Positions 38,785 through 47,608 of a stretch of DNA of 64,000 nt are shown in pieces. A program made the translations under genes and the position numbers. How positions within the stretch are numbered: position 1 is the first letter of the stretch; each line of letters begins with the position of its first letter. The notes under the pieces were generated by a model. It was not told the origin of the DNA and searched no databases. It worked only from the letters and a program-made list of their open reading frames with translations. Source of the stretch: a virus; the IMG/VR virus record IMGVR_UViG_3300050821_018050, positions 1 to 64,000 of that record; one strand, given 5' to 3'.

Positions 38785-39589
38785 CATGGATTGGAAATTG
38801 GATCAATGCAAATTTGCAGCAGTTCAATATAAATCAAAAATTGAGTGGAAAATGAAAGATCATAAATCTTACGAAGCAGCGCGTAAAAATAAATGGATAA
38901 AAGAATGTTCTGAACACATGGTAAGACCTCAAGTGCATAATAAAAAATGGGATTTCGAATCCTGTAAAATAGAATCTTTAAAACACAAGACTAGGGGTAA
39001 ATGGCAAGCACATCACGCTTCTTCTTATCAGATCGCACAAAGGAACGGATGGCTAGAAGAATGCTGTTCGCATATGTCTAACGCAAGAAATCTCAACAAC
39101 ACTTGGACGTTGGATAGATGTAAGTTAGAGGCATTAAAATACACAACTAGATCCGAATGGTGGAGAACAGATGGGAAATCATATGACGCTGCCAGAAGTA
39201 AAAATTTTTTAGAGGATTGCTGCGCTCATATGCCAAAGCGTAGTCATTCTTCTATGCAAGAAAATATAATTTTATCTATAGTAAAAAATAAATTTCCACT
39301 CGCGTGCTCTCGTAAATTCGGTAAAAATAAAAAATTTCAATCCGGGAATAGATTCGAGCTTGATATTTATATTCCAGAATTGAATAAGGGTATTGAATTC
39401 AATGGAGAATATTGGCACAGAGAAGGGTTGTTGCGTAAAGGTAAAGACCCCGCAAAATACCATAGTTTGAAGCGAGATTTTTTTAAGAAACTATCCATAG
39501 ATTATATAGAAATTTGGGAAAATGAATGGGCAAAAAATAAAGATTTATGCCTCTTAAAAATTAATGATTTTTTAGGAGTTAGCTTATGA
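38771..39589 (+). CDS. Free-standing homing endonuclease (repeat DNA-binding modules plus PD-(D/E)xK/Vsr-like domain)
   Basis: Three W...C..E..K...R.EW....SY..A....W...C..HM repeats; ELDIYIPELNKGIEFNGEYWH. Confidence 0.85.
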   Translation: MKKRNMDWKLDQCKFAAVQYKSKIEWKMKDHKSYEAARKNKWIKECSEHMVRPQVHNKKWDFESCKIESLKHKTRGKWQAHHASSYQIAQRNGWLEECCSHMSNARNLNNTWTLDRCKLEALKYTTRSEWWRTDGKSYDAARSKNFLEDCCAHMPKRSHSSMQENIILSIVKNKFPLACSRKFGKNKKFQSGNRFELDIYIPELNKGIEFNGEYWHREGLLRKGKDPAKYHSLKRDFFKKLSIDYIEIWENEWAKNKDLCLLKINDFLGVSL

Positions 39590-41292
39590 AAAATCCATTT
39601 GATGACCATCACATTATTTTTAGTGCCGAAGGTGCTATGCATCCGACAAAACATCAAGTTGTTCCTTCTCATGAGGAAGTTTTAGATTATCTAAGATCGC
39701 AGGGAGAAAATGCTGTTGGGGTTCAAGGTCATTATGGCTCTCCAGAAAGATCCATTCTAGTTAATTCCCCTAAAAATCCAAAAGGCCTTCATCAGCTTGC
39801 TACCGATCTAGGTCAAGATTCTATTCTTGAATCCAAAAATGGTCAACATGCATTAACTTACTTAAACGGTGCCCAAAAAGGAAAAGTAATCACTGGAGAA
39901 GGAACTACATTCCATCCATTGAAGCCGGAAGACCTTTATACGACTATTAAAACCCCTAAAGGTGATGTGCATTTTAGTCATAATTTAAATTTTAGTCAAT
40001 CTGCAGTAAATAAATCAGAATCTGGAATGGGTGATCTATCTACTGACGAAGATACGAATGATTTGATGAATCGAGAAGAAAATAAATATTTCGTCAGTAG
40101 GGATCAATTGGATCTTCTTACCCAAACGGCCAAAGAAAATCTTAAAGAGGGTGATATTGATACGGAAAGTCGCTATAATACCAATAGAACTTTTTACATG
40201 GATAATAAAGATTTAGACTCCATGAAAGATGGATTAGATGGCATTAAGCCACGACTAAAAATCAGAGTAAGACAATATGCTCCGAATCATAAAGATTGGG
40301 AAAATATTGCTTATGTCGAAATCAAGGCAAAGAAGAAAGACGGGATGACGAATAAATGTCGCGTGCGTATTTATGCTGACGACATCGAACCTTTCCTCGA
40401 AGGAAAGCCTTTAGAAAATAGCAAAGATTTAATTAATCTTAATAAAGATATAACAAAAAAACTTTTGGATAAAAGAATTTTAGCGGTAAACAATATTGTT
40501 TCCACGTATGGATTTAAAAAACAAATTGAAGTTAGATATGAACGCAGAGCTTATACTGGCAAAAAAGTCAGGATTACTATTGACGATAATTTGAAATATT
40601 TGGATGCCACAGAAATTTCTCCAGAAAATAAAGAAGCTATTAAAAATACAGATGGCTGGAAGCGTATGGACAAGCATACAGATAAACTTCGCCGTAAAGA
40701 CTATTTAATAGTAGAAGTCAAACATCAAGGTGATGCGCCAAGATGGGTAAAAGATCTTTTGGATAAAACTGATGCAAAGGAAGTAAAATTTTCCAAATAT
40801 TGCGCCGCCGTAGCCTCGTATATTAAATCTGGCAAAAAAGAAAATAATATTAGTAGACTTAGTTTCGACTTTTCTGATAATCTGGATAAGACAGAAAGTT
40901 TAACTAAGATGCCAAAAGTTTTTACCGGAACACCAAAAAAGCCACATACTACTGTATATCGCATGCAAGATAAACATGGAGAAGGTCCGTATATGGCCGG
41001 AATTCCAGCCCTAGACAATCATGGTTCCTCTTCCTCGGCGCGAGGACTATCTACTCCTGATCCAAAATATGATCAAGGATTCAATGCCACTGATTTAAAA
41101 GTATTACACGATTCTCCTGCTGTTAAATTTGGGTTTGAAAAACCTGAACATGCGCATGAATGGTTTAGTCCAGATGAAATTGAAGAATTGGGGAATCACG
41201 GGTTTACACTTCAGCCCGTTAAAGCTGCGCACGTCTGGTCATCAGGTAAACAGGCATTTTATAAGAAGTATGTAAAGCCTAAAAAGCCTTAA
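39586..41292 (+). CDS. Multidomain polyprotein: DUF3293-like domain, VTC domain, small C-terminal phage domain
   Basis: SAE...G.YG.PE.S.LV...LGQDSIL; REENKY, YMDN, KIRVRQY, VEIK, YERRAY, VRITID, VEVK, FSKYC; separated by VNK|SE and LDK|TE.LTK|M. Confidence 0.8.
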   Translation: MKNPFDDHHIIFSAEGAMHPTKHQVVPSHEEVLDYLRSQGENAVGVQGHYGSPERSILVNSPKNPKGLHQLATDLGQDSILESKNGQHALTYLNGAQKGKVITGEGTTFHPLKPEDLYTTIKTPKGDVHFSHNLNFSQSAVNKSESGMGDLSTDEDTNDLMNREENKYFVSRDQLDLLTQTAKENLKEGDIDTESRYNTNRTFYMDNKDLDSMKDGLDGIKPRLKIRVRQYAPNHKDWENIAYVEIKAKKKDGMTNKCRVRIYADDIEPFLEGKPLENSKDLINLNKDITKKLLDKRILAVNNIVSTYGFKKQIEVRYERRAYTGKKVRITIDDNLKYLDATEISPENKEAIKNTDGWKRMDKHTDKLRRKDYLIVEVKHQGDAPRWVKDLLDKTDAKEVKFSKYCAAVASYIKSGKKENNISRLSFDFSDNLDKTESLTKMPKVFTGTPKKPHTTVYRMQDKHGEGPYMAGIPALDNHGSSSSARGLSTPDPKYDQGFNATDLKVLHDSPAVKFGFEKPEHAHEWFSPDEIEELGNHGFTLQPVKAAHVWSSGKQAFYKKYVKPKKP

Positions 41293-41530
41293 GTTCAGGG
41301 AATAGAGTCAATACTAAATCACCATATTTATAAACTCTGTAGGCGTCTAATGTTGGCTCGTACTCAAAGGTTGCCTCACGATAGTTGCATTGATATTTTT
41401 TCCCAAAAATCACGCATAGAGCTATCCAGTAAGTAGTCTTAATATCAATTGTTTGTCGCCCGCGAGTTTTTCTGTAGGAATGGCTGAGAATATAATCAAG
41501 TATACGATTTTTAAGGTCTTTTTTTATCAT
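41279..41530 (-). CDS. Hypothetical protein, LExRI-like
   Basis: MIKKDLKNRILDYI...; start likely ATG 41530. Confidence 0.55.
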   Translation of the reverse strand: MIKKDLKNRILDYILSHSYRKTRGRQTIDIKTTYWIALCVIFGKKYQCNYREATFEYEPTLDAYRVYKYGDLVLTLFPELKAF

Positions 41531-41813
41531 GCAGCGCCTTAAGTTCTTTAAGAGATTGTCGCATTCCGTCATGAAATTTCTTAGTTTTGACTATACCGAT
41601 CAATAAACGCTGTCTTACGCGTTCTCTGGTAACTCCAAAGTCTTTGGCTATGTTATTAATCGGCTCTCCCATAGCGTAAAGCTTCATAGTCCATAATATT
41701 TCGATATTATATGGATTTCGTTGAAATAATGGTATGTAATGCAATACCTCTGATTTGGTAGGTATACCATCATTAAACCTACGCATAAATCTAAAAAACA
41801 TATTTCTAAGCAT
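41511..41813 (-). CDS. Small protein with sigma70 region-4-like HTH
   Basis: IAKDFGVTRERVRQ; TTGACA(41849-44)-N17-TATTAT(41826-21) then ATG 41813. Confidence 0.7.
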   Translation of the reverse strand: MLRNMFFRFMRRFNDGIPTKSEVLHYIPLFQRNPYNIEILWTMKLYAMGEPINNIAKDFGVTRERVRQRLLIGIVKTKKFHDGMRQSLKELKALHDKKRP

Positions 41814-41850
41814 TATATAAATAATAGCATATTTGTCGGGATTTGTCAAT

Positions 41851-41860
41851 CCTAATATTT
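41851..41860 (+). promoter_or_regulatory. Putative late promoter element CCTAATATTT
   Basis: Back-to-back with a divergent sigma70 promoter; implies GTG 41866 start. Confidence 0.75.
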
Positions 41861-41865
41861 TCATT

Positions 41866-43389
41866 GTGAAGCGTGATTATTTTAGACAATTACAGAAATC
41901 TAGCGGTTGGTCTGGGAGACAAAAATCTACTCCTCAAGCCGCCGATTCTATACATTTTTCACATCCAGAGCACGGCACTGTATCTATCATAAAAGACAAC
42001 AACCAATATCATGTTAAACACAATGGAGCCTTGGCTGGTATTCGCGGACAAAAAGGTGTATTTGATCATCCTAAATCTGCAGTAGAGCACGCAAAGGCCT
42101 ACATCGGTCATCTCAACGCTGGTCAGCCCGGCAAAACTATTTTTAATACTCCTTCGGCCCCGCATTTAGGTAAGGCCGATCCTTCGCCATCTCCAAGCCC
42201 TAATTGGGACGTTAATAAACAAGCTGCACAAAAATTTCAAGATGGATTTAATCAAGGCCCCGATATCAGCGGGGCTTGGAACAGCATTAAATCTGGCTTA
42301 GGCTTGGGGAAATCTTTCGGTACTACTGAAAAGATGCACCCTACCGGTAAAAATACTGAGATGGGTCAAATTGCTAGAAAGCAATCTTTACAAAAACTAA
42401 GAGCATTAAAAAAGCCAAATCTAGGGAAATCAGAGAATATTATGTCAAAATCAGCAATCGAACAAGCCAAAGACCTTATCAAAGCATTGAAAGAAAATCC
42501 ATCTGGATTAGAAGAACTTTCCAAAGCTGCAGTTCAACACATTAAAGGTGTGCATATGCCAATCGGCGCGGGCGCTCCTGGTATGTCTGAAATGGGAAAA
42601 ATCAATTCTCTTAAAACTGGTGGAAAAGAATTCGCGAATTCTGCTGCCAAGCATCAAGTAAAGCAAATTTCTCAGGCAGCTAAGACTCTTCCGAAGCCTA
42701 AGTTGGGTAAAGAAGAAATTAAAGAAATACCGCAAGAAGATAAAAAAGGCGACCAACCCTCTGGAACAGTTGGCGTAGAAAATCCTAAAAATGTTGATCC
42801 TTTAATGGATAAAACTGGCGCAAATCCAGATTATAAAGCACCGAGTGAAAAAGAATGCAAAGAAATGGTGAATAAAGCTTCTATGTCTGAAAAGGGTGTT
42901 CATAAGCCAGCATTTATGCATTCCAAGAAAAGCGGAACATCTGATGTTGGCGCTCGTATGGCACCGGGCGGAGCCAGTAAAGAGACCAATGCATATGCCA
43001 AAGAAGAACATAAAAAAGTACTAGCTGAATCTAAGGCTATGCCAAAACCTAATCTTGGTAAAGAAGAAATGGGCAAGTCAGCTTTCAAAACCCTTCAGCA
43101 TAAGATTGAACGCAAAGAAGGTTATTCGCCTGATCGTGCTGCAGCAATTACTGCTTCCATCGGTCGTAAAGAGCTTGGCCAAGCTGAAATGACTCGCCGC
43201 TCCAAAGCCGGTATGCATAAAAAAGCAGAAGGCAACCCAGATATGAAACAGGATGCTCAGCTTGGAGAACAAGTCGAACATGCTGTTGAAAGCCATATGA
43301 TGGCTAATGCCGGAGCTGAAGCCAAAGAAGGACATCCAATGGCTAAGGCCTATTTCAGGAATAAATTGGCTAAATGCGGAGTTAGATAA
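41866..43389 (+). CDS. Basic low-complexity polyprotein with repeated modules and many xxK|S/A sites; probable internal head protein
   Basis: LQKSS, LGKAD, LGKSF, LGKSE, MSKSA, LSKAA, LGKEE, VNKAS, MGKSA; three KP.LGK-terminated repeats. Confidence 0.7.
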   Translation: MKRDYFRQLQKSSGWSGRQKSTPQAADSIHFSHPEHGTVSIIKDNNQYHVKHNGALAGIRGQKGVFDHPKSAVEHAKAYIGHLNAGQPGKTIFNTPSAPHLGKADPSPSPSPNWDVNKQAAQKFQDGFNQGPDISGAWNSIKSGLGLGKSFGTTEKMHPTGKNTEMGQIARKQSLQKLRALKKPNLGKSENIMSKSAIEQAKDLIKALKENPSGLEELSKAAVQHIKGVHMPIGAGAPGMSEMGKINSLKTGGKEFANSAAKHQVKQISQAAKTLPKPKLGKEEIKEIPQEDKKGDQPSGTVGVENPKNVDPLMDKTGANPDYKAPSEKECKEMVNKASMSEKGVHKPAFMHSKKSGTSDVGARMAPGGASKETNAYAKEEHKKVLAESKAMPKPNLGKEEMGKSAFKTLQHKIERKEGYSPDRAAAITASIGRKELGQAEMTRRSKAGMHKKAEGNPDMKQDAQLGEQVEHAVESHMMANAGAEAKEGHPMAKAYFRNKLAKCGVR

Positions 43390-43622
43390 TGAGCCGTAAG
43401 AAAAACCAAAATCAAGCAGAACTACAAATTGTAGGACAGCCTGAATTGGCAGCAAAAAAGATTGAAGTGGCTCCCATTAAGCCAGATATTACCTTTGAAT
43501 CATGGTTTATGCAAACCGGACTCAAAGTAGAACTAAAAAAGGTATTAATGAAGCATTTTAAGGCAAGAGGATTTTTAGATAGTAAAGAATTTGATAAAGG
43601 TTTATCTGATTTTGGTATTTAG
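43389..43622 (+). CDS. Hypothetical protein
   Basis: 77 aa directly upstream of the sheath gene. Confidence 0.65.
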   Translation: MSRKKNQNQAELQIVGQPELAAKKIEVAPIKPDITFESWFMQTGLKVELKKVLMKHFKARGFLDSKEFDKGLSDFGI

Positions 43623-43630
43623 TCAGAAGA

Positions 43631-43640
43631 CCTAATATTA
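43631..43640 (+). promoter_or_regulatory. Putative late promoter element CCTAATATTA
   Basis: Recurrent motif upstream of sheath. Confidence 0.75.
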
Positions 43641-43665
43641 ACCATAAGTTTTAAGGAGATTATAA

Positions 43666-46437
43666 ATGGCACAGTCAACAGTAACACAAGATGGGATTCA
43701 ATTAGTAGTTCCCGGCACTTACGTAAGCACTAATGTACAGTCAGGCGCTTCCGGTGCTGCAACTGCAGGAATCGTGACAATTGTCGGAGAAGCAGACCAA
43801 GGTCCAGCTTTTATTGATGAAACAGATTTAAACAATTCTGTTTTCACCCCTTCCCAATATAATCAAGTAGTTCAAAAATATGTTTCTGGTAATATTGTAG
43901 ACGCTTTCCGCGCCCTCATCACCGCTGCTAATGATCCAGCTATTGTTGGCGCGGTTAATCAAGTTCGTATTGTTAAAACAAATCCATCGACTGCCGCAGA
44001 CGCAACTATTACTTCTAATGGACTTTCATTTGCAACATTGACCGCAGATACTTTCGGAGCTGCTGGTAATTTGATCAAATACCGTTCACAGGTTGCAACA
44101 GCTGAACTAGCTCCAAGCACTGGTTCCATGTCTTATACCCCCGATTATGCGAGCCATGCTGCTAATTTTATCGTTAACGGCACTGCGACAGAATCTGTAT
44201 CAATCCCTTCAAAAACATCTTTAGCGGCATTGGCATCAGCCATTGAAAGTATTGCTGATGGTATTTTAGTATCAGGCCAATCAGAAATTCTTCCTGTAGC
44301 AGCTCTTGTTGGGATTACATTGTCGGCTTCTACTGCCAATGCATCCACTCTTACCCTTTCGTTACCTGCAGGTCAAGTATTTGCAGGAAGTCCAGCCGTA
44401 GGTGATTCTATTGTTATTCCAGCTACTGGGGATTTTGGCGCAACTGCAAATTCTGTTATCAGTAATTCCGGTGCTTCCAACATCGGAACGTATATTATTT
44501 CTGCTGTAGTCAATTCTCCAGCATCAGCTTCTCTAACATTAGCTCTTGCAAACGCTCCCGTAGGAATGACTCTTTCTGCGCAATCTGGAACCATCGTCGC
44601 TTCTCAACGTGATGTTATCCTTTATAAACCATTTGCAGTGAACAATTATACTGGCGAAGATCGCCATGCTATGGATGGTCTTGCCGGAACCTTTACTACT
44701 GTAATTTCTGGTCCAAATGTAACCGTCACCCCTCCAGCAAGCTGGACAGTTTCTCCACGTACTGGAGATATTGTTAAATTATCATCTTCATTCGCAGGAA
44801 TTAATCCAGGTTTCTATTTGGTTTCATCGGCTTCTGCTAATAGTTTAGTGATGGTTAGACAATCGATTGGAGCAGCCGGTACTTCTGGTTCAGCTACTGT
44901 TGGTACGATCAACTCAGGTAATGCGCCATTTATTGTTCTCAAACCAGCTATCGATGGCCTCGGTAAATCATTAGAAATGACCGGCGACCTGCAAAATCTT
45001 TTCAAGGATCCCGCACTTCGTAGTGCTGCCGCAACTATTAATACTGTAATGTTTTCTGCTGCTGAACTACGTAATACCATGACGGTTAGCCGTAATGCTG
45101 TTTCAGAATCGTTTACTTCTGGCGGAAATATCGTAATTAAGGTTGGATCAAGCCTTCCTTCGCCTACATTGACTGTTGGAACCAGCAGCATTACTCTTAG
45201 CTCAAATGCAACTGTAATTCTTACTGCTGCATTTAGCCAATTTCCTACTTTGCAAAACATGGTTGATTTGATTAATTCTCAAACAGGATTTTCAGCAAGT
45301 TTAGGTTCTGCTAAATACGCGAATATTTCTCCATCTGCTTTAGATGAAGGAACTTACGGATTGGCTACCAACTTAAGCGCTCAACCTGCTCGCATTAAAA
45401 ATGATGCAGCTTCATGGTTAGCAGCTATCAATGGATCAACCCTTGTGTCAGCTACTTTGATTGCAACCGGTGGATTACCTGAAACAGTTACTCCTGATCA
45501 ATTTTTGACTGGTGGGACTAAAGCCGGTACTACTGCCGCGCAAGTGGTTGCCGCTATCGACGCTTGCCAATCATTGGACACTAATTTCATCGTGCCACTC
45601 TTTTCTCGTGATGCGAGTTTAGATATTGCAGATGGATTAACCGATTCTTCATCTACTTATACTGTAGATGCGATCAACGCTTATACCCAAGCTCACGTAC
45701 TTTTAATGTCTCAAGTTAAAATGCGTAAGAATCGTATTGCAATTGTGTCTAAACAAGATACTTATGTAAACGTAAAAGAAGCTGCTGGAGAACTAGTATC
45801 TTTCCGCGTAGCATTAGCATTCCAAAGCTTTAAAAATGTATCAGCTGCCGGAGTAATTACCACTTATCAACCTTGGATGTCCGCAATTATCGCTGCTGGC
45901 ATGCAAGCTGCTGCTGGCTATAAAGGTATCGTAAAGAAATTTGCAAATATTTCAGGTGTAGTTGCTCAACCTGATTTTGATGCAAGTAATCCTGGCGATT
46001 TAGAAGATGGATTAGAAGCCGGTTTGTTGATCATGGAAAGAGTTAATACTGGCGGTTTCCGCTGGGTATCTGACCAAACTACATATTCAGTTGATAATAA
46101 CTTTGTGTACAATTCTTTACAAGCGGTTTATCTTGCAGATCTTATGACTTATAGCTTGATCGCTACTTTTGATCTTCAATTGGTGGGTAAATCTGTAGCG
46201 GAAATTTCTGCTCAAGCAGCTTTGGCGATTTTGGAAGCAGCAATGTTTAACTTCTTACGTCAAAAATGGATTGCACCGTCAGACGATGGTGCTCCAAAAG
46301 GATTTAAGAATGCTTCGGTACAAATTACCGGAGGCGTTTGTTCCATCGCTGTAGAAGCAAAACTTGCGGGTATTTTATACTTTGCTCCAATTGCTTTCAC
46401 TCTGAGTGAAGTACAACAATCGGCATCTAGTTCTTAA
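43666..46437 (+). CDS. Contractile tail sheath protein
   Basis: PGTYV N-terminus, IVGEA..GP, FLTGG..G, GLL..E, RWVSDQTTY; large S/T/A-rich insertion. Confidence 0.88.
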   Translation: MAQSTVTQDGIQLVVPGTYVSTNVQSGASGAATAGIVTIVGEADQGPAFIDETDLNNSVFTPSQYNQVVQKYVSGNIVDAFRALITAANDPAIVGAVNQVRIVKTNPSTAADATITSNGLSFATLTADTFGAAGNLIKYRSQVATAELAPSTGSMSYTPDYASHAANFIVNGTATESVSIPSKTSLAALASAIESIADGILVSGQSEILPVAALVGITLSASTANASTLTLSLPAGQVFAGSPAVGDSIVIPATGDFGATANSVISNSGASNIGTYIISAVVNSPASASLTLALANAPVGMTLSAQSGTIVASQRDVILYKPFAVNNYTGEDRHAMDGLAGTFTTVISGPNVTVTPPASWTVSPRTGDIVKLSSSFAGINPGFYLVSSASANSLVMVRQSIGAAGTSGSATVGTINSGNAPFIVLKPAIDGLGKSLEMTGDLQNLFKDPALRSAAATINTVMFSAAELRNTMTVSRNAVSESFTSGGNIVIKVGSSLPSPTLTVGTSSITLSSNATVILTAAFSQFPTLQNMVDLINSQTGFSASLGSAKYANISPSALDEGTYGLATNLSAQPARIKNDAASWLAAINGSTLVSATLIATGGLPETVTPDQFLTGGTKAGTTAAQVVAAIDACQSLDTNFIVPLFSRDASLDIADGLTDSSSTYTVDAINAYTQAHVLLMSQVKMRKNRIAIVSKQDTYVNVKEAAGELVSFRVALAFQSFKNVSAAGVITTYQPWMSAIIAAGMQAAAGYKGIVKKFANISGVVAQPDFDASNPGDLEDGLEAGLLIMERVNTGGFRWVSDQTTYSVDNNFVYNSLQAVYLADLMTYSLIATFDLQLVGKSVAEISAQAALAILEAAMFNFLRQKWIAPSDDGAPKGFKNASVQITGGVCSIAVEAKLAGILYFAPIAFTLSEVQQSASSS

Positions 46438-46447
46438 GGTATAGACA

Positions 46448-46834
46448 ATGGAAAAGCTTTCTAAAACTTCTTTACCCCCTAAGATTAAGTATCGTATCCG
46501 TAAATGGATCGAAACCATGAGACATGCAAAACCAAATATGTCTAATAAAGATCTTGCAGGTAATATTGTGAAGAAATTTGAAGAAGCGTTGGCCATTAAA
46601 GAACTTAAAAAGAATCAGGTGATGGCTTCCATGTACAAATCAGGTGGAATGCGCTTAGATTTTGGAATGAATGTCTCAGAAAAAGCTAAAAAAGCAGCTT
46701 TGGAATGGGCTAAGAAAAAAGGTTTACAGATTGAAACCAGTGAATTGGCTAAATCAGTAGCAAAGTCAAATAAGCTTGAATTCGGCGATTGCCGGACAGA
46801 TGAATGCATCAAACGCGTTATCTGGGAATGTTAA
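46448..46834 (+). CDS. Hypothetical protein between sheath and tube
   Basis: 128 aa, basic; LSKTS, MYKSG, LAKSV motifs. Confidence 0.65.
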   Translation: MEKLSKTSLPPKIKYRIRKWIETMRHAKPNMSNKDLAGNIVKKFEEALAIKELKKNQVMASMYKSGGMRLDFGMNVSEKAKKAALEWAKKKGLQIETSELAKSVAKSNKLEFGDCRTDECIKRVIWEC

Positions 46835-46849
46835 CAAAGGGGAACGAAA

Positions 46850-47323
46850 ATGGCACAAAGTCAAATTTTTACAGGAGCGAGAGCCAAGCTTCTAATCAAC
46901 GGTAAAGCAGTAGGATTATTTGCCAACTGTAATTGGAGTGTTCGTCAAGAGAAAGTACCAGCTTTCATCTTGGGTGCTTATGCCCCGGTAGAAATTACTC
47001 AAACTACACAAGAAGCAATTACCATGGATCTTCGTGGTTATCGCGTAGTCGACAGCGGTCCATATGCTGTAGCAAATGTTACAATGCTTAAAAACTTACT
47101 CACCGAAGAAGATTTCTCTGTAGCGATCACTGATCGTCAAACAGGTAAAATGATTCTTCTAGTGCAAGGATGTAAGGCAACTGGATTTAGTTCCGGTGCA
47201 GCTTCTAAATCTGTTTCAGATATTAGCGTAAGTATTCTCGGCCTTCGTGCGGACGATGAATATACATTGTCACAAGGTGGCGATGGCGAACCGGGCGCAT
47301 CTACCCTCACTGATGGCAGTTAA
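46850..47323 (+). CDS. Tail tube protein
   Basis: FTGARAKL.ING..VG, ILG...PVE, F.V.I.DRQTG; follows sheath. Confidence 0.82.
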   Translation: MAQSQIFTGARAKLLINGKAVGLFANCNWSVRQEKVPAFILGAYAPVEITQTTQEAITMDLRGYRVVDSGPYAVANVTMLKNLLTEEDFSVAITDRQTGKMILLVQGCKATGFSSGAASKSVSDISVSILGLRADDEYTLSQGGDGEPGASTLTDGS

Positions 47324-47353
47324 TTAATCACCAATATTGTCTCAATAATATTG

Positions 47354-47387
47354 AAAGGCTCATCCTAAAGGGTGGGCCTTTTATTTT
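47354..47387. terminator. Probably bidirectional intrinsic terminator
   Basis: AAAGGCTCATCC-TAAA-GGGTGGGCCTTT-TATTTT between convergent operons. Confidence 0.85.
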
Positions 47388-47608
47388 ACGATGGGATAAA
47401 ATTCGGCCATAAAATGTTTAACTAATTTTCCGTTTTTGCCTTTATTAAATTTTGGTCTAGCATTCGCAAGATCATTGAAAAATTTGTTATACCAGCACCC
47501 TTTAGGCCCACGGGCTCTAGGTGCCAAAAATGCTAGTAGCCTAGCTTCAAACTCAGTTATCGTTGTATATGAAGGGTATGGATTGAATTTAAAACGTTTC
47601 GCCATCAT
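47381..47608 (-). CDS. Hypothetical protein
   Basis: 75 aa, end of a minus-strand operon. Confidence 0.55.
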   Translation of the reverse strand: MMAKRFKFNPYPSYTTITEFEARLLAFLAPRARGPKGCWYNKFFNDLANARPKFNKGKNGKLVKHFMAEFYPIVK

